A stretch of 64,000 nt of DNA. Source: Minutocellus sp. GHC0000111. Its lineage: Eukaryota. Shown here in pieces: positions 47,946 through 58,981 of this stretch (position 1 is its first letter; the number at the start of each line of letters is the position of its first letter). The notes beneath the pieces were generated by a model. That model did no database searches. It saw only the letters and a list, made by a program, of their open reading frames with translations, and had not been told where the DNA came from. The stretch spans positions 1,116,001-1,180,000 of the forward strand of contig OZ361256.1 of the NCBI GenBank assembly GCA_977018835.1. Reading direction: 5' to 3'. A program made the translations under genes and the position numbers.

Positions 47946-50900
47946 CTAGGCATTTGCGGCGGACTTTCGCAGCTTTTCCTGGGCTGCCTCGAGCTCTTTC
48001 TCCAGTGCCTTGCACCGCTTTTGCAGGTCGTCCTCTTTTCTTGTAGTTTCTGCCACTTCATCGTTTTCCGCGCGACCCTCATCGACTCTCGCAGCTCGGG
48101 CAATACCGAGCAACGGATTGAAGAAGGATGTTTCGTTCGCAGACGTAGGATTGAACGACATGGCTTTCTTCCGAGCTGAATGGGCAGAGGCTCGTTCACT
48201 CTCTTTTTGCTCCTTCCTTTCTGCTTCGAGAGATGTAAGAGCACGATCGAGCTGTGATGACATATTGGTCAAGGCACCATCGCGATCCTCGATAGCGCTG
48301 CCGATTCGATCAAGCTCGGCCATTTCTTTGCCGTCCAAAGCTTGGGACACGCGGTCATTTTCAACGTTTTCCTTCTCGTACAAGGCTATTCTAGCCTTGA
48401 GCGATTCTACTTCCGACTCAAGAGCGTTTCTGTCGGCTCTCACCTTGGCGAGGGTGGCTTGGATGTTGGTAGCCTCCTCCTTTCTCTTTGCGGACTCATC
48501 GTTAAGATCTTTACACATCATGGACATCTTCGAAAGTTTCAGATGCATATCGTTCTGCCAACGAGCAGTCTCCTTCGTCATTTGTTCGATTTGACGCTTG
48601 TGACGAGAAGCCACGGCCATCAATCGCTGTGATGCATCATTGAGCGCATCCGATTCATGGGGCTTATCTGCGTCGCCACTCAATTGCGACAATTGCGCAC
48701 TGCTACCGAATTTGCTCTTCTTCCCTTTGCGAGATGCCGACGTTGATATCGATTTCTTTGATTTGGTGCTGCTGACGCTGGCACCGGATGAAGGGACAGC
48801 GGCGCTGCTGCTCCGTCGTTTGCTGGAACCTTTACTGCTAGATGGAGCCTCACACCCGGCGCAGATGAATTCATTTTGAGCAATGATAGAGCGGAGATAG
48901 TCAAGATCTGCCTGGAGGGCAATGAGCTGTTTCTCCAAAATAGTACACTGGGCGCAAGATTTTGAGTCTGTACCATGCTCATGCTGCTGCGATTGGGAGC
49001 GAGGGGCAATAGGTTGGACGATTCCCGGTCCCGTGACGACATAGCCTCCTCGTCCCGTGGTACCGGAACCAAGAGGGTGAGTCGACTGTCCTCCATACCC
49101 TTGCTGCTGTTGCGGGGGGTGAAGGGGTGGCTGCTGACCAGGGTACAGAGCCCGTTGACTCTCTGGCGCCGACGATGGAATCGCAGAAACGGTGTTGAGG
49201 GGGAGTCCATCGTCTGACCTTCGTCGGCTCTCACCTTTAGATGACTTCTTACTCCTGCCACTGCTTGATCCAGCGACTGAACTCGAGGACTGCTTCTGTT
49301 GTTGCTGTTGCATGGCCATGGCGGCAGCTCTTTGACGCTCGACGTGCTGAACGAAGGCGGCCTCGTTGAGATATTGTCCTGTGTTGGTCGGGCCACGCTG
49401 TTGTTGTTGCTGTTGCTGCTGCAACTGTACTTGGTGTAGCAGCTGCTTTTGATGCTTCATTTGCCGTTGAAGTTGTTCTTGTTGTTGCTGTGGCGATGGC
49501 TGTTGTTTATCAGAGGATGTTGACCTTTGCTCCTGCTGCTGAGGCTGCTTTCCCTTCTCGTCTGAGGCTCCCATGCCTAGAATACCACTGACGAATTTCT
49601 GTATTGAGTTATCCTCGCTGGCATCGTCTCCTTTTGTCGAAGCAGAGGCTCTGCGATGAATCTGTGGAGGGGCTCCCAAAGTCCCTGCTGGGATCTGAAC
49701 CTGGGCATTGTCTGAGGACCCGGTACCCTTGGTGTTGACGGAGAGAGCGGTATTGCTGTGGGCCACTGTGACACTACCCGAAGTGCCGGAGCCAGATACC
49801 GAAAGAGATCGGTCAGATCGACCTGTCGCTGGAGTGGGGTACTGGTGAAGCTGTGGCTGCCTCTGATGCTCATCGCCTTCTAAATGGTGCATTCGGAGCT
49901 CTTCGGCTTCTTGGACGGCAATCAATTTCTGCCGCTGCTGAACCTGCATCTCGTGAACCTTCCTGAGGAAGGCATCCGATTTGCGCCTTGACTTCTCCTC
50001 GAGACTTAGATGGGTCTGACCTACCCCTCCTCCGGCCATCACTTTGAGGATATCGGATTGCGAATTCGTCCGACGAAGAGCATTTCGTTCCTTCTTCCGG
50101 CTCTTCGTCGTTGCTCTACTCGTACCTGAACCCACCGTTGAGGCCGAAGAGGACTTGGTGGACCTCATTGATGCCGCCCCATCGTCGCCCGCACCGCTAG
50201 AACTGCGGTGATACTGATAAAGCTGCTGCTGCTCCTCCTCCTCCTCCGGTGGTGATGAGCTGTCCCTCCGCGAGGGTATGGTCGACGCCGTGAGCTCCGT
50301 CAGCGCGCTGGCCCGGCGGCTGTTGAGGTACGGCGACGTCCCGAACTGCGTGGAACCGCCCGCCGCGCTCGTCGAGTACTCTAATTCGCTGCTCAGGTAG
50401 CTGCTCCGCCTCTTTCCGTAGCCAGTCGTCCTAGCAGCGGCCGAGGCAAAATTGGTGGAATTTAGAACCATATTGTTGTCGTGGCGAGCCATGGCAGCGG
50501 TGGAGGGAGCTGTGGATGTCAACTCCTCTCCCTTTGCTGATGCCGATGCTGTCGCCGCTGCTGCTGTTGCCGCTCCCAAAGCAGCTCCGATCCCACCACC
50601 GGAACCACCCAGCACATGGCCCACCGAGGCCGGCGCCGCCGGTCCGTCGTACTGCTGTCCCGAATTTCTCCGGTACGGGCTGGACAACAGCGACATGGAG
50701 GCGGCGGACCTGTCGGAAAAGTTGGACGACTGGTGCCCATCCGACAGGGTCATCTCCCCCTCCGTCGCCGAGGTGATGTGCGTCTTCATCGACGACTTTC
50801 GATCTCCGACGTGGAACCCGCCGGCACCACTCAGAAGACTTGTACCGCTCGCCGCCATACCACCTCCTGTGGGACCACCAGGACCCGAAAGCATCGACCC

Positions 50901-51644
50901 ACCTCCACCACGGTAGCTGCTACTACCGAGGCTGTATCCGTGACTGTGACTGTGACTGTTGCTGAGGCTGTTGCCCACCCCGCTGCTGCCACCCCCGCGA
51001 GACGAGCTCAGGTTGCTGTGGCTGTGACTGTGGCTGGACCGCGACTGGGCCGAGGAGCTGGCATCAAGGCCGAGATGGGGGGGGTGTCGCTGGGGCTGCG
51101 ACCCCCCGCTCCCCCCCGAGGCCGGCATCATCATCGGACTGGCCTCGGGGCTAAGCGGTAGCGGCTCCGGCCCCCACTTGCTGCTGCTGCCGGGCCGGTC
51201 CGGCTCGGTCGACTCCCGCCGGCCGAGGATGACCCGCCCGTCCCCCGGCACCGGACCGCCGGGCGGATACAGGCCGCTGTGACTGTGACTGTGACTGTAC
51301 GTACCCGGCTCGCTGTAGCGGTTCCTCTGCTGCTTCTGCTGCAGCTGCTGCTGCTGCTGCGGGCGTTGGTTCTGCCGACCGGCACTTACGGATCGGCCGG
51401 TCGCGCCAGTGGAATTGCCGCCGCCGGCGGCGGCAGCGGCTATGGCGGCAGCTCCCGGCGGATGCAGAGGCGGGTTGGCGCCGCCGCCATCTCCGCCTCC
51501 ACCGCCGCTCGACGTCGACTGTTGAAGTTGCTGCAGCTCATGAATGTCCGCCGGCGCCAGCTGATGCTCGTTCACGTTGATCCAACCGTTGACGACGCTT
51601 TGGATGCCCCATCCCCCGCCTCCTCCCTTCCGGGGCTTGGGCAT
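47946..51644 (-). CDS. Large low-complexity protein with C-terminal coiled coil
   Basis: 1232-aa uninterrupted ORF with S/G/Q-rich tracts, two CxxC motifs and a heptad-rich C-terminus. Confidence 0.8.
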   Translation of the reverse strand: MPKPRKGGGGGWGIQSVVNGWINVNEHQLAPADIHELQQLQQSTSSGGGGGDGGGANPPLHPPGAAAIAAAAAGGGNSTGATGRSVSAGRQNQRPQQQQQLQQKQQRNRYSEPGTYSHSHSHSGLYPPGGPVPGDGRVILGRRESTEPDRPGSSSKWGPEPLPLSPEASPMMMPASGGSGGSQPQRHPPHLGLDASSSAQSRSSHSHSHSNLSSSRGGGSSGVGNSLSNSHSHSHGYSLGSSSYRGGGGSMLSGPGGPTGGGMAASGTSLLSGAGGFHVGDRKSSMKTHITSATEGEMTLSDGHQSSNFSDRSAASMSLLSSPYRRNSGQQYDGPAAPASVGHVLGGSGGGIGAALGAATAAAATASASAKGEELTSTAPSTAAMARHDNNMVLNSTNFASAAARTTGYGKRRSSYLSSELEYSTSAAGGSTQFGTSPYLNSRRASALTELTASTIPSRRDSSSPPEEEEEQQQLYQYHRSSSGAGDDGAASMRSTKSSSASTVGSGTSRATTKSRKKERNALRRTNSQSDILKVMAGGGVGQTHLSLEEKSRRKSDAFLRKVHEMQVQQRQKLIAVQEAEELRMHHLEGDEHQRQPQLHQYPTPATGRSDRSLSVSGSGTSGSVTVAHSNTALSVNTKGTGSSDNAQVQIPAGTLGAPPQIHRRASASTKGDDASEDNSIQKFVSGILGMGASDEKGKQPQQQEQRSTSSDKQQPSPQQQQEQLQRQMKHQKQLLHQVQLQQQQQQQQRGPTNTGQYLNEAAFVQHVERQRAAAMAMQQQQQKQSSSSVAGSSSGRSKKSSKGESRRRSDDGLPLNTVSAIPSSAPESQRALYPGQQPPLHPPQQQQGYGGQSTHPLGSGTTGRGGYVVTGPGIVQPIAPRSQSQQHEHGTDSKSCAQCTILEKQLIALQADLDYLRSIIAQNEFICAGCEAPSSSKGSSKRRSSSAAVPSSGASVSSTKSKKSISTSASRKGKKSKFGSSAQLSQLSGDADKPHESDALNDASQRLMAVASRHKRQIEQMTKETARWQNDMHLKLSKMSMMCKDLNDESAKRKEEATNIQATLAKVRADRNALESEVESLKARIALYEKENVENDRVSQALDGKEMAELDRIGSAIEDRDGALTNMSSQLDRALTSLEAERKEQKESERASAHSARKKAMSFNPTSANETSFFNPLLGIARAARVDEGRAENDEVAETTRKEDDLQKRCKALEKELEAAQEKLRKSAANA

Positions 51645-52438
51645 GATGCTAGCTACGGAGTGGGCGGCACCAAGTTAGTCCGTGGGAGCGGGCTAGTACT
51701 CGTACTCGTACTCTGTGCGTGGGGTCTACGAGTAAGTGTAATTATGGTCGGTCAGCAGCCCACGAGAGAATAGAAATGCTTCGCGTGACGAGCAAGATGT
51801 GCCAGCTCCGCCCGGCCCCTAGTCAGGGATTCAGTAGAAGACTACGAATATGACGGGCCGGGGAAGACAAAGCAGTTATGACTTGGTCTTTGGCCATAAA
51901 TAACAACTCAATGAAGAAAGTATGCAAAGAGGTGGGTTGTCGTCCAGTGGTTTTTTCTGAGGTTGTTTTTTTGTTTTGTGCACCGTAGTACGAGCTCGTA
52001 GAAAAGGAGGTTGTGGGTGGATGACGCATGAAATTGAAAAGTGAAAAGACCGATCAAGTTTCAGAAAAGAACGCCAAATCGAAAGTCAAAATCAGATGGT
52101 CTTGGGTTGGCATTTCTGTTTTACTCCGCCCTTGATCCCCCATTTAGACAGGCTGAAGGACTTGCGGGTGTCACCTTATTTTCGGTTGAAAGCGCCTGCT
52201 TGCACTTGGCACGATCTCAAAACGGGATCGGTACGTAGACGCGACATTGCAACATGCACCTTTGTCGAACATGCGGTTCATGTGAGTGCCAAGTTCAAGT
52301 CACTTGCAGCACACGCAATACCGTTTCCTTCCTGGCTCGGCTCGCATGGCACCAGTCCCATCGTGCTGCTCATGCGTGGAGCAACCCCACCATCTAAACC
52401 ATCCAGCCAAGCTTATAAAATAAATTCTGCCACGATCG

Positions 52439-54207
52439 ATGAACGACGGCGACGACGAAACAAACATCGCTGATGAGGTGTCAGTGCCGCCAGCACCGCC
52501 AGTACCACCAAGGGCCACCAACTCTCCCATTTGGGATGCCACCATCGGAGCAGCGAGGTGTTCCTCTCCCGAGGCTGAAACCGATCACGTTCCCCATCTG
52601 CTGTCGCCTGGCTCACCGTCGCAGTCCAGCACCAGCAGCGAGGTCGCGACGATCGATGCCGCGCCGCCCACCCGTACTAGTACCCCCGAGCCAACACTGC
52701 CCAGCATCGATAACGACATTGAACTAGGAACGCCGGTCGTGTCGTTTGAAGAAGATGTGAACAACGACTACATGCACGGCTCCAACACAGCGCCAACAAC
52801 AACAACAATACCAATACATACTCCTCCCCCCCCCGCACAAAGCCATCACTGACCATCAATACTTGTGATGTTTGGGAAGACCATTCTGGTAAAAAGACAA
52901 GCAGCAACAAAACCAGGACATCTCACCTCGACACTCCCTCGACAGTTGCCACCACACCCACAAGTCCGTCTGATTCTGTCTACACCATCGAGCACAAACA
53001 CACGTACAAGCGATCGAAGCAATCCAAGGCGATCGCATTTTCCATTGCTGGCATTGTCGTTGTGGCATTGACGGGTGGCGGGGCATATCTGCTGTCGGAA
53101 TGGTTTACAATCCCTGGGCTCACAGCCCAAATAGAGGAGCTGCAGACGCAGGTGAAGCTGCTGACGGCACAGGTCGATCGCCTTGAGGAAGAAAATGTTA
53201 AGTTTTCTGAGCTAAATGATCGTCTTGAAGAGGAGAACACCGTCTTTGCGTCCGAGATTGTAAAGTTCAACAACACCAACGCTTTGTATGCCGAGCTGAA
53301 TCTGGAATTGGCGGATGTCACCGCCGACAATATCCGTTTATATGACATGCTCAATGCTTCGAATGTTCGCTACCAAGAGCTCAACTTACAACTGGATGAG
53401 ACTACGAATGACCTTCAAACACAAGTCAACACTCTATCGATGGTAAACAAAAGGCTCGATGCAACCGTTGCCTCGTACGCAAAGGAAAATCTAATTCTTG
53501 GGGAGCACGTGGACAGACTGGAAAGCACAAATGAAGAGCTTACATTCAAAGTACAAAATCTCAACTCGACGGCCATGGCATTGGCGAGAGAAAATAATCG
53601 TCTTTCATTGCTAAACGATGATTTAGAGGTCGTTGCATCGTTTCTCAACGAGACGACTTTTACACTCAAGGACAGCTATGACGATGTTGTGACTTTTCTC
53701 GCTCAGCAGATTGACGCCGGAAGGGCCATATGGACGAGAACGACTGAGAATCTATACCGTGCGAGGACAAATAACATGATTTGTGACATCCAATCTCGAT
53801 TCTCGGGACAGCCGTTCGTGGTTGACCCAATGGCGGCCATTGGCGGCCCTCATTACGACGAAGTCGTAGCATACGTAGAAGAAACCATGTTGAGTGAGCT
53901 TTGTGTCAAAAGAGATCACTTCGAGGCATTCCTACTCCATGAGTCTACCAAGGTGACTTCTTCAGATATTACTTTGAATGATTTGGTGAGAAGTCTGATG
54001 AGATACAACATGATGGTCTTCGACTATTATTTTCCCCGCGATGTATCTCGGGTCGACAGTGGGGAGGCCTTGGGCCCTGATGACTGGGCAGCAGCCAATT
54101 ATAGGTGTGAAGAATTGCCCATGTCCAAGCGCTTTGTTTGGCCAGTGATGGCTCCGCAGCCGAAATCTGAGCATCGGAACGGCATTGTGTTCATGAATGA
54201 CCCATAG
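52439..54207 (+). CDS. Single-TM coiled-coil protein, frameshifted at a C9 run
   Basis: ORF 52439-52852 links to the frame of 53062-54207, which is open from the C-run at 52826-52834 onward. TM segment then a long Asn/Leu-rich coiled coil. Confidence 0.7.
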
Positions 54208-54351
54208 AATAGCATGCCGATATACTGTATATGCTAATGTATGTAAAAGTAACAATGTTGTTGTACAATAAAATAATCACAAACTATACTACGTAGCTAG
54301 CTACGTAGCGTAGAACAACATATTGGTTGCATCTTGTTTGTTACAGGTAGA

Positions 54352-55305
54352 TTACGTGCCCTTTTCCGGCGGGGCAAGGGGTTGAGGCGTCGGGAGGCTA
54401 TCGACGGTTCTCTTCATCTTGCGAATTTCCCCATTGGCAAATCTGTACTGACTAAACAGACCTATATTTTCAGCACCAGAGGCATAGACCTGTAATATCT
54501 GCAGTACGTCGGCATGCGACGCCATGACGACAATATCTCCCTCCTCCGCATCTGAGTGTCGTTCGCTTTCGTCAATCTTCATGACAGTCTCTCGCAAACG
54601 AGTGGAAACTGCTGCGACGCATTCTACATCAAAACCGGTGTTAAACGGCGTGAACATGTCCACTGGCCACACATAGGCATACGTATGAATGGCTGCATCG
54701 TCAAGACGCCCGAAATAGCGCTCCATGATACCGTCTTCCAGAATAACGCCAGCATCGGTCTGAATGTCCAAATTCAACTCTTCAACTTTCTTTCTATTGG
54801 CCTCGTCGCCCAAAAGAGCATCCATGCAAGCTTTGGCAGTCTGTCTGGCTCTAGCAAAGGGAGAGCTGTAAAAGAATACCCTCCTCTTCTTGTCTGGTGT
54901 ACCTCCATCTCCCTCGCTCTCGATTTTATCCAGAAGTTGCTTGGCCGAGTCTCGACCCTGCTCGTATCCCAGAGGGGTGAGCGAATGCTTCTCGCTGGTT
55001 GCCAAACTCCGCGCTGATGATATCACACCTTCAACATTTCCCTCGCTCTGACCGTGTCGCAGTAGGTAGTAATCATTGTGCAATGGATCTGGCAACCGGT
55101 CTGGCTCGGCAATGACGATGTAAACGCCCTGATCGGTGATCTCAGTTATGGCTGGGTTGGCAGTTGCAGTCGCAGTGGTTATTCTCGCAGCTGTCAAGGG
55201 AGACCGCTGTGCGATCAAACGTCCAATTGGTGTGAAAGCGGCCACAGTGCGAGTCAAGAGCAACATGGGCGCGACTGCGGCGGTCCAAAGCAGGGAGTTG
55301 TTCAT
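54352..55305 (-). CDS. Histidine phosphatase / phosphoglycerate-mutase-family protein, plastid-targeted
   Basis: VAA-FTP presequence, LLRHGQS, SSPFARARQTA, ERYFG, ASHAD. Confidence 0.9.
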   Translation of the reverse strand: MNNSLLWTAAVAPMLLLTRTVAAFTPIGRLIAQRSPLTAARITTATATANPAITEITDQGVYIVIAEPDRLPDPLHNDYYLLRHGQSEGNVEGVISSARSLATSEKHSLTPLGYEQGRDSAKQLLDKIESEGDGGTPDKKRRVFFYSSPFARARQTAKACMDALLGDEANRKKVEELNLDIQTDAGVILEDGIMERYFGRLDDAAIHTYAYVWPVDMFTPFNTGFDVECVAAVSTRLRETVMKIDESERHSDAEEGDIVVMASHADVLQILQVYASGAENIGLFSQYRFANGEIRKMKRTVDSLPTPQPLAPPEKGT

Positions 55306-55995
55306 CTTCGTTGGTGGAAATGAACGACGTGCGTACGCGATCTTGACACCCATAAACGGGAGATTGGTATCGACCGACAACGCAACGGCAGGCAACGTGC
55401 AAACGCATCGAACGCACGATAATGGCTCCATTAACTTGCTCTCGCTGAATAAATCCTAAAGAAGTTATCAAAAGCATCTTGGGTTGCTTGCGTTCCTTAG
55501 TCTTCTACTGTAGATCTATTCTCCCTTCCCTTTTTCTACCGTTCGTGTGGAAAGAACGAACATCAATCGCCCTCTCGCTCTCTTTTGATCTACCTCTCCT
55601 TTGCCTTCTGCCTGCCCGACGAGCATAGTGTACCATTTGTATGTAAGCTGGAGGACCTGTTGCACTTGCTTTTGTCATTCAAACCCATTTTGCGCCTCTG
55701 GCGCTGGTCGGTCTCGTCGCGTTACTACTGGTACATGTATCCGCTGGAGGCGAGAGAGGGAGAAGACACATTGCCGGTCCTGCATTATTCTCAGGTGAGA
55801 TATGGAGCTTACAAGGCAGTTGAAGAATGGTGAAGATTTTCCTGCGTGTCGGTGCACGATTCTTCGCATGTGATGTGGTACCATCTTTCATCATTCTGTT
55901 TCTTCGACCCAGTCACTGTCTGCGATCTGTTACGCCCGAACCAACGCAACACTACCGCGCCTTGATCGCTTGCACCGATTTATCCGATGATGTAT

Positions 55996-56475
55996 TCACA
56001 AATCTGGTTCCGTCGCCATCAAAACGCCAACCAAAAAGCCCGATACTATGCTCACGCCAATCAACATGCCAACTCCAAGAGCGGCGACGAAGTCGCGAGT
56101 ATCAACAATCTCTCGGTCGAGGAAGCCACATCCATGCGAAGGGATAGATGAGGTAGTGGCCGCTGCACTGATGGCCGTCCCCGCCACGGATGCACTTCCG
56201 GCTGTGGCGACGCCCCCGGCACCACGCGGAACATGCGGTAGTAGGCCACTGCCCCCTCCCCCTGCTGCTCCGCTCGACGAACCAGCGCCAGTGGTCCGCG
56301 CCTTTTGGGCCTCCTTCACGGCATTCTCGTCTGGCACGCTCATTTCGAATATGAATGTATCGCCTGGATTTAGACCTTTGGGGATCTTGACATCTCCCAT
56401 CGATCCGTCCGGACAGCGGACTCGGATGGTTTGGCCGGCATGGACCCCTTTCGGAACGAGCACTCGGAAGTGCAT
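55996..56475 (-). CDS. Small tail-anchored hypothetical protein
   Basis: VPKGVHAGQTIRV and IPKGLNPGDTF repeats, Gly/Ala linker, C-terminal TM helix. Start uncertain. Confidence 0.65.
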   Translation of the reverse strand: MHFRVLVPKGVHAGQTIRVRCPDGSMGDVKIPKGLNPGDTFIFEMSVPDENAVKEAQKARTTGAGSSSGAAGGGGSGLLPHVPRGAGGVATAGSASVAGTAISAAATTSSIPSHGCGFLDREIVDTRDFVAALGVGMLIGVSIVSGFLVGVLMATEPDL

Positions 56476-56866
56476 GGTGTGGTGGTGGGTGGTGGTGTGT
56501 CAGATGGCAGTTTGGGGTGGGCACTTCTGACACCGCAAAGCAAGGATGCTGTGTGATGAACAATGACAAGGGGTGACACCTAGCTACGTTGCTAGGCGTA
56601 GGTCGCAGTGGTATCGACAAAACACTTGAGCGAGCGCTCGATAGCTCGATCATGTGCCGGCCGGCAAGGTGTTGTTGTGTTGAGCTTGAAAGCGTGGTGG
56701 GATAGTTTCCGGCTCACGTCATGAGGGCCTTGAAAGCTTGAGGCTCGGCCGGCTCGCGGCTCGCGCGGCTCTCGCGCGGCGGCCGCGCGCCGGCCATGCA
56801 TGCTGATGGCCTCATGCTTAGTACTTATTATCGCCATTGATGAATCGCCAGCGCAGCGATTCCACA

Positions 56867-57661
56867 ATGATATCCAATCGCCCTGTCGCTATCTTGGTCC
56901 TCATCTTTTCCCATTATGTCTCTTTGGTATCTTGCTCTTCCTTGATGCGCCAACCATCTCGATCGGAATGTTATCGATATGCCGAAGCGAACGCCTGTCG
57001 GCTCCACCCTTCCTTTATGAAGATTCACTGTGACGACAGATTCTCGACGTGCATCGATTACGATCGCAAGGTTCGAGATGCCTGGTCAACATCTGCTGCG
57101 GAAACTGACACTAATAGAAAAGCAAAGCAGCCGGTAGTTGCGAAGTCCTTTTATGACCTCGAGGCCAAGCATATCTTGGGGTCCAAAGTGAAGTTCGAGA
57201 GGTTCCGCGGGAAGATAGTCCTCATCACCAACGTCGCCAGTGAATGTGGATATACGGAAAGTCACTACACGGGCCTGATCGATTTGTGGGAGGAGTTGAG
57301 ACGGACAGATAGGTTTCAGATCCTTGCCTTTCCTTGTAATCAGTTCGGGCAGCAGGAGCCTGGAACCCCACAGGAGATCAAATCATTTGCCGATTTCCAT
57401 GGAGTCGAATTCCTCATGATGCAAAAGATTGATGTCAATGGACCCATGACGCATCCCGTTTACAAATTTCTCAAGGCCCAGTATGGTCCGCAAGAAATTG
57501 AGTGGAATTTCAATACGTATTACATTGTTGATGCTGAGGGCACAGTGAGATCTTTTTCTGGTATTGACCCTGACAATGTTCGGGATATTTTGTTGGAAAC
57601 TTTCTTTCCAGAATTCTTGGAGAATAGTGGGGATGAGGAGGAGGAGGAAGAGATGGAGTAG
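56867..57661 (+). CDS. Cys-type glutathione peroxidase with signal peptide and ShKT-like domain
   Basis: NVASECGYTE, AFPCNQFGQQEPG, WNF. N-terminal CYRYAEANACRLHPSFMKIHC...C. Alternative ATG at 56840. Confidence 0.9.
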   Translation: MISNRPVAILVLIFSHYVSLVSCSSLMRQPSRSECYRYAEANACRLHPSFMKIHCDDRFSTCIDYDRKVRDAWSTSAAETDTNRKAKQPVVAKSFYDLEAKHILGSKVKFERFRGKIVLITNVASECGYTESHYTGLIDLWEELRRTDRFQILAFPCNQFGQQEPGTPQEIKSFADFHGVEFLMMQKIDVNGPMTHPVYKFLKAQYGPQEIEWNFNTYYIVDAEGTVRSFSGIDPDNVRDILLETFFPEFLENSGDEEEEEEME

Positions 57662-57993
57662 TAGAGTATTTTAGGTTGCAATAAGGATGAAGAAGAGGAT
57701 TATATTTATCATTAGGGGTGCGAGCGACGAGCAACAGTCTTGTCAGTAGTGTTGTTCAGTACTACTAAAAATATTCAATCTATAATACGATCTACAAGGT
57801 GAACGGTGTGCTAAAATGGATTTGAAACAGTCATCTACTGATGCTAGTAATTAAGAGAGCTAAAAAGGTGTATTCAATCATCTATATATATTACATACAT
57901 GCATTGTTACCATCGTCGTCGAAAAGAAAAGGAATGAAATGGCACAAAGTGCGTGCGTGCGTGCGTGCGTGCGTGCTTTTCGAAGAGATGTCA

Positions 57994-58464
57994 TTACAGG
58001 CAGATACGGATCTTTACCTCATACTTGGTATTCTTTGGATGGCTTGTCTTGGTGTTCTCGATAGGCTTAAAGTTGCACTTGATCTTTCTCGCGTCCTCAA
58101 AACTTTCGTGCGCATCCTTGATGAGGGTCAACATCCCTTTTCGGTCAGTAATGCCTTTGATGCTCAGTTTTTCCTTCAGAGCATGCTTTGGCTTCTTCGC
58201 CTTTTTGGATGCGATATTTCTCTGAACGTTCTTCTTCTGCACTGCCGGCACCGTCGTTGCTGGGGCTGGTGGCTGGGGCAAGAAATTAAAGTCTGCCCTC
58301 ACAGGAAAGGGAGAGAGCGAAGTAAAATGTCGTCCGTGAAGGCCTTCTGGGTCCAACCGTCGGAGGCCAGCTCGGCGTCGCTGGACATGACCCAGAGAGG
58401 TTTCTTCTGACTCTTCGTCGAAGGAGGCATAATCGTTGTCGATGTCATTGTTCTTTGCATTCAA
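57994..58464 (-). CDS. Possible hypothetical basic protein
   Basis: 156-aa ORF with acidic then Lys-rich composition. No motif recognised. Confidence 0.3.
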   Translation of the reverse strand: MNAKNNDIDNDYASFDEESEETSLGHVQRRRAGLRRLDPEGLHGRHFTSLSPFPVRADFNFLPQPPAPATTVPAVQKKNVQRNIASKKAKKPKHALKEKLSIKGITDRKGMLTLIKDAHESFEDARKIKCNFKPIENTKTSHPKNTKYEVKIRICL

Positions 58465-58981
58465 TCGGAATTTATGAGCTGCGCATTGGCATTTTGTTCT
58501 TTCTCTTCAAGGCGAAAGATCTCAGCGCTCAACTGCTCAACTGCTCAACGCTTCATTCTTTGTTACCCGGTCAGACAATGTGCCAGTGGCTTCTGATAGT
58601 GGTTTCGAAAGAGTAACAAAACCTTCCACTCCGCTTGCTTTGCTTGCAAGCATGAGCACTTGAACGAAGGCGCACACATCTTGTGCCTTTGTTATTGCCG
58701 TCGTATCCTGCAGGCAGCACGCAATCGAACCTGCCGGTACGGTACAGACCTAGTCTAGCTAGGCGGAAGGTTATATTGAGCTGAGCTTGTCGGTGGTAGA
58801 CGCAACGGTCGCGGTATTGCAGTCTCCCTTTTGTGCGCGGTGACGGTGGAATACGTAGTTTTTTTCGGCGAACGAACATAGTATCGGCAAAAGAAAGACA
58901 ATTCATTTATTTGATCGACGTGGACTGACCGGCGGACAACAACCTTATCAAAGCCTGCAACAATACATACCATCTCCTGCC

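Noticed and set aside
57241..57247. Possible selenocysteine in the GPX active site
   Set aside because: The in-frame codon is TGT (Cys); the nearby TGA is out of frame.
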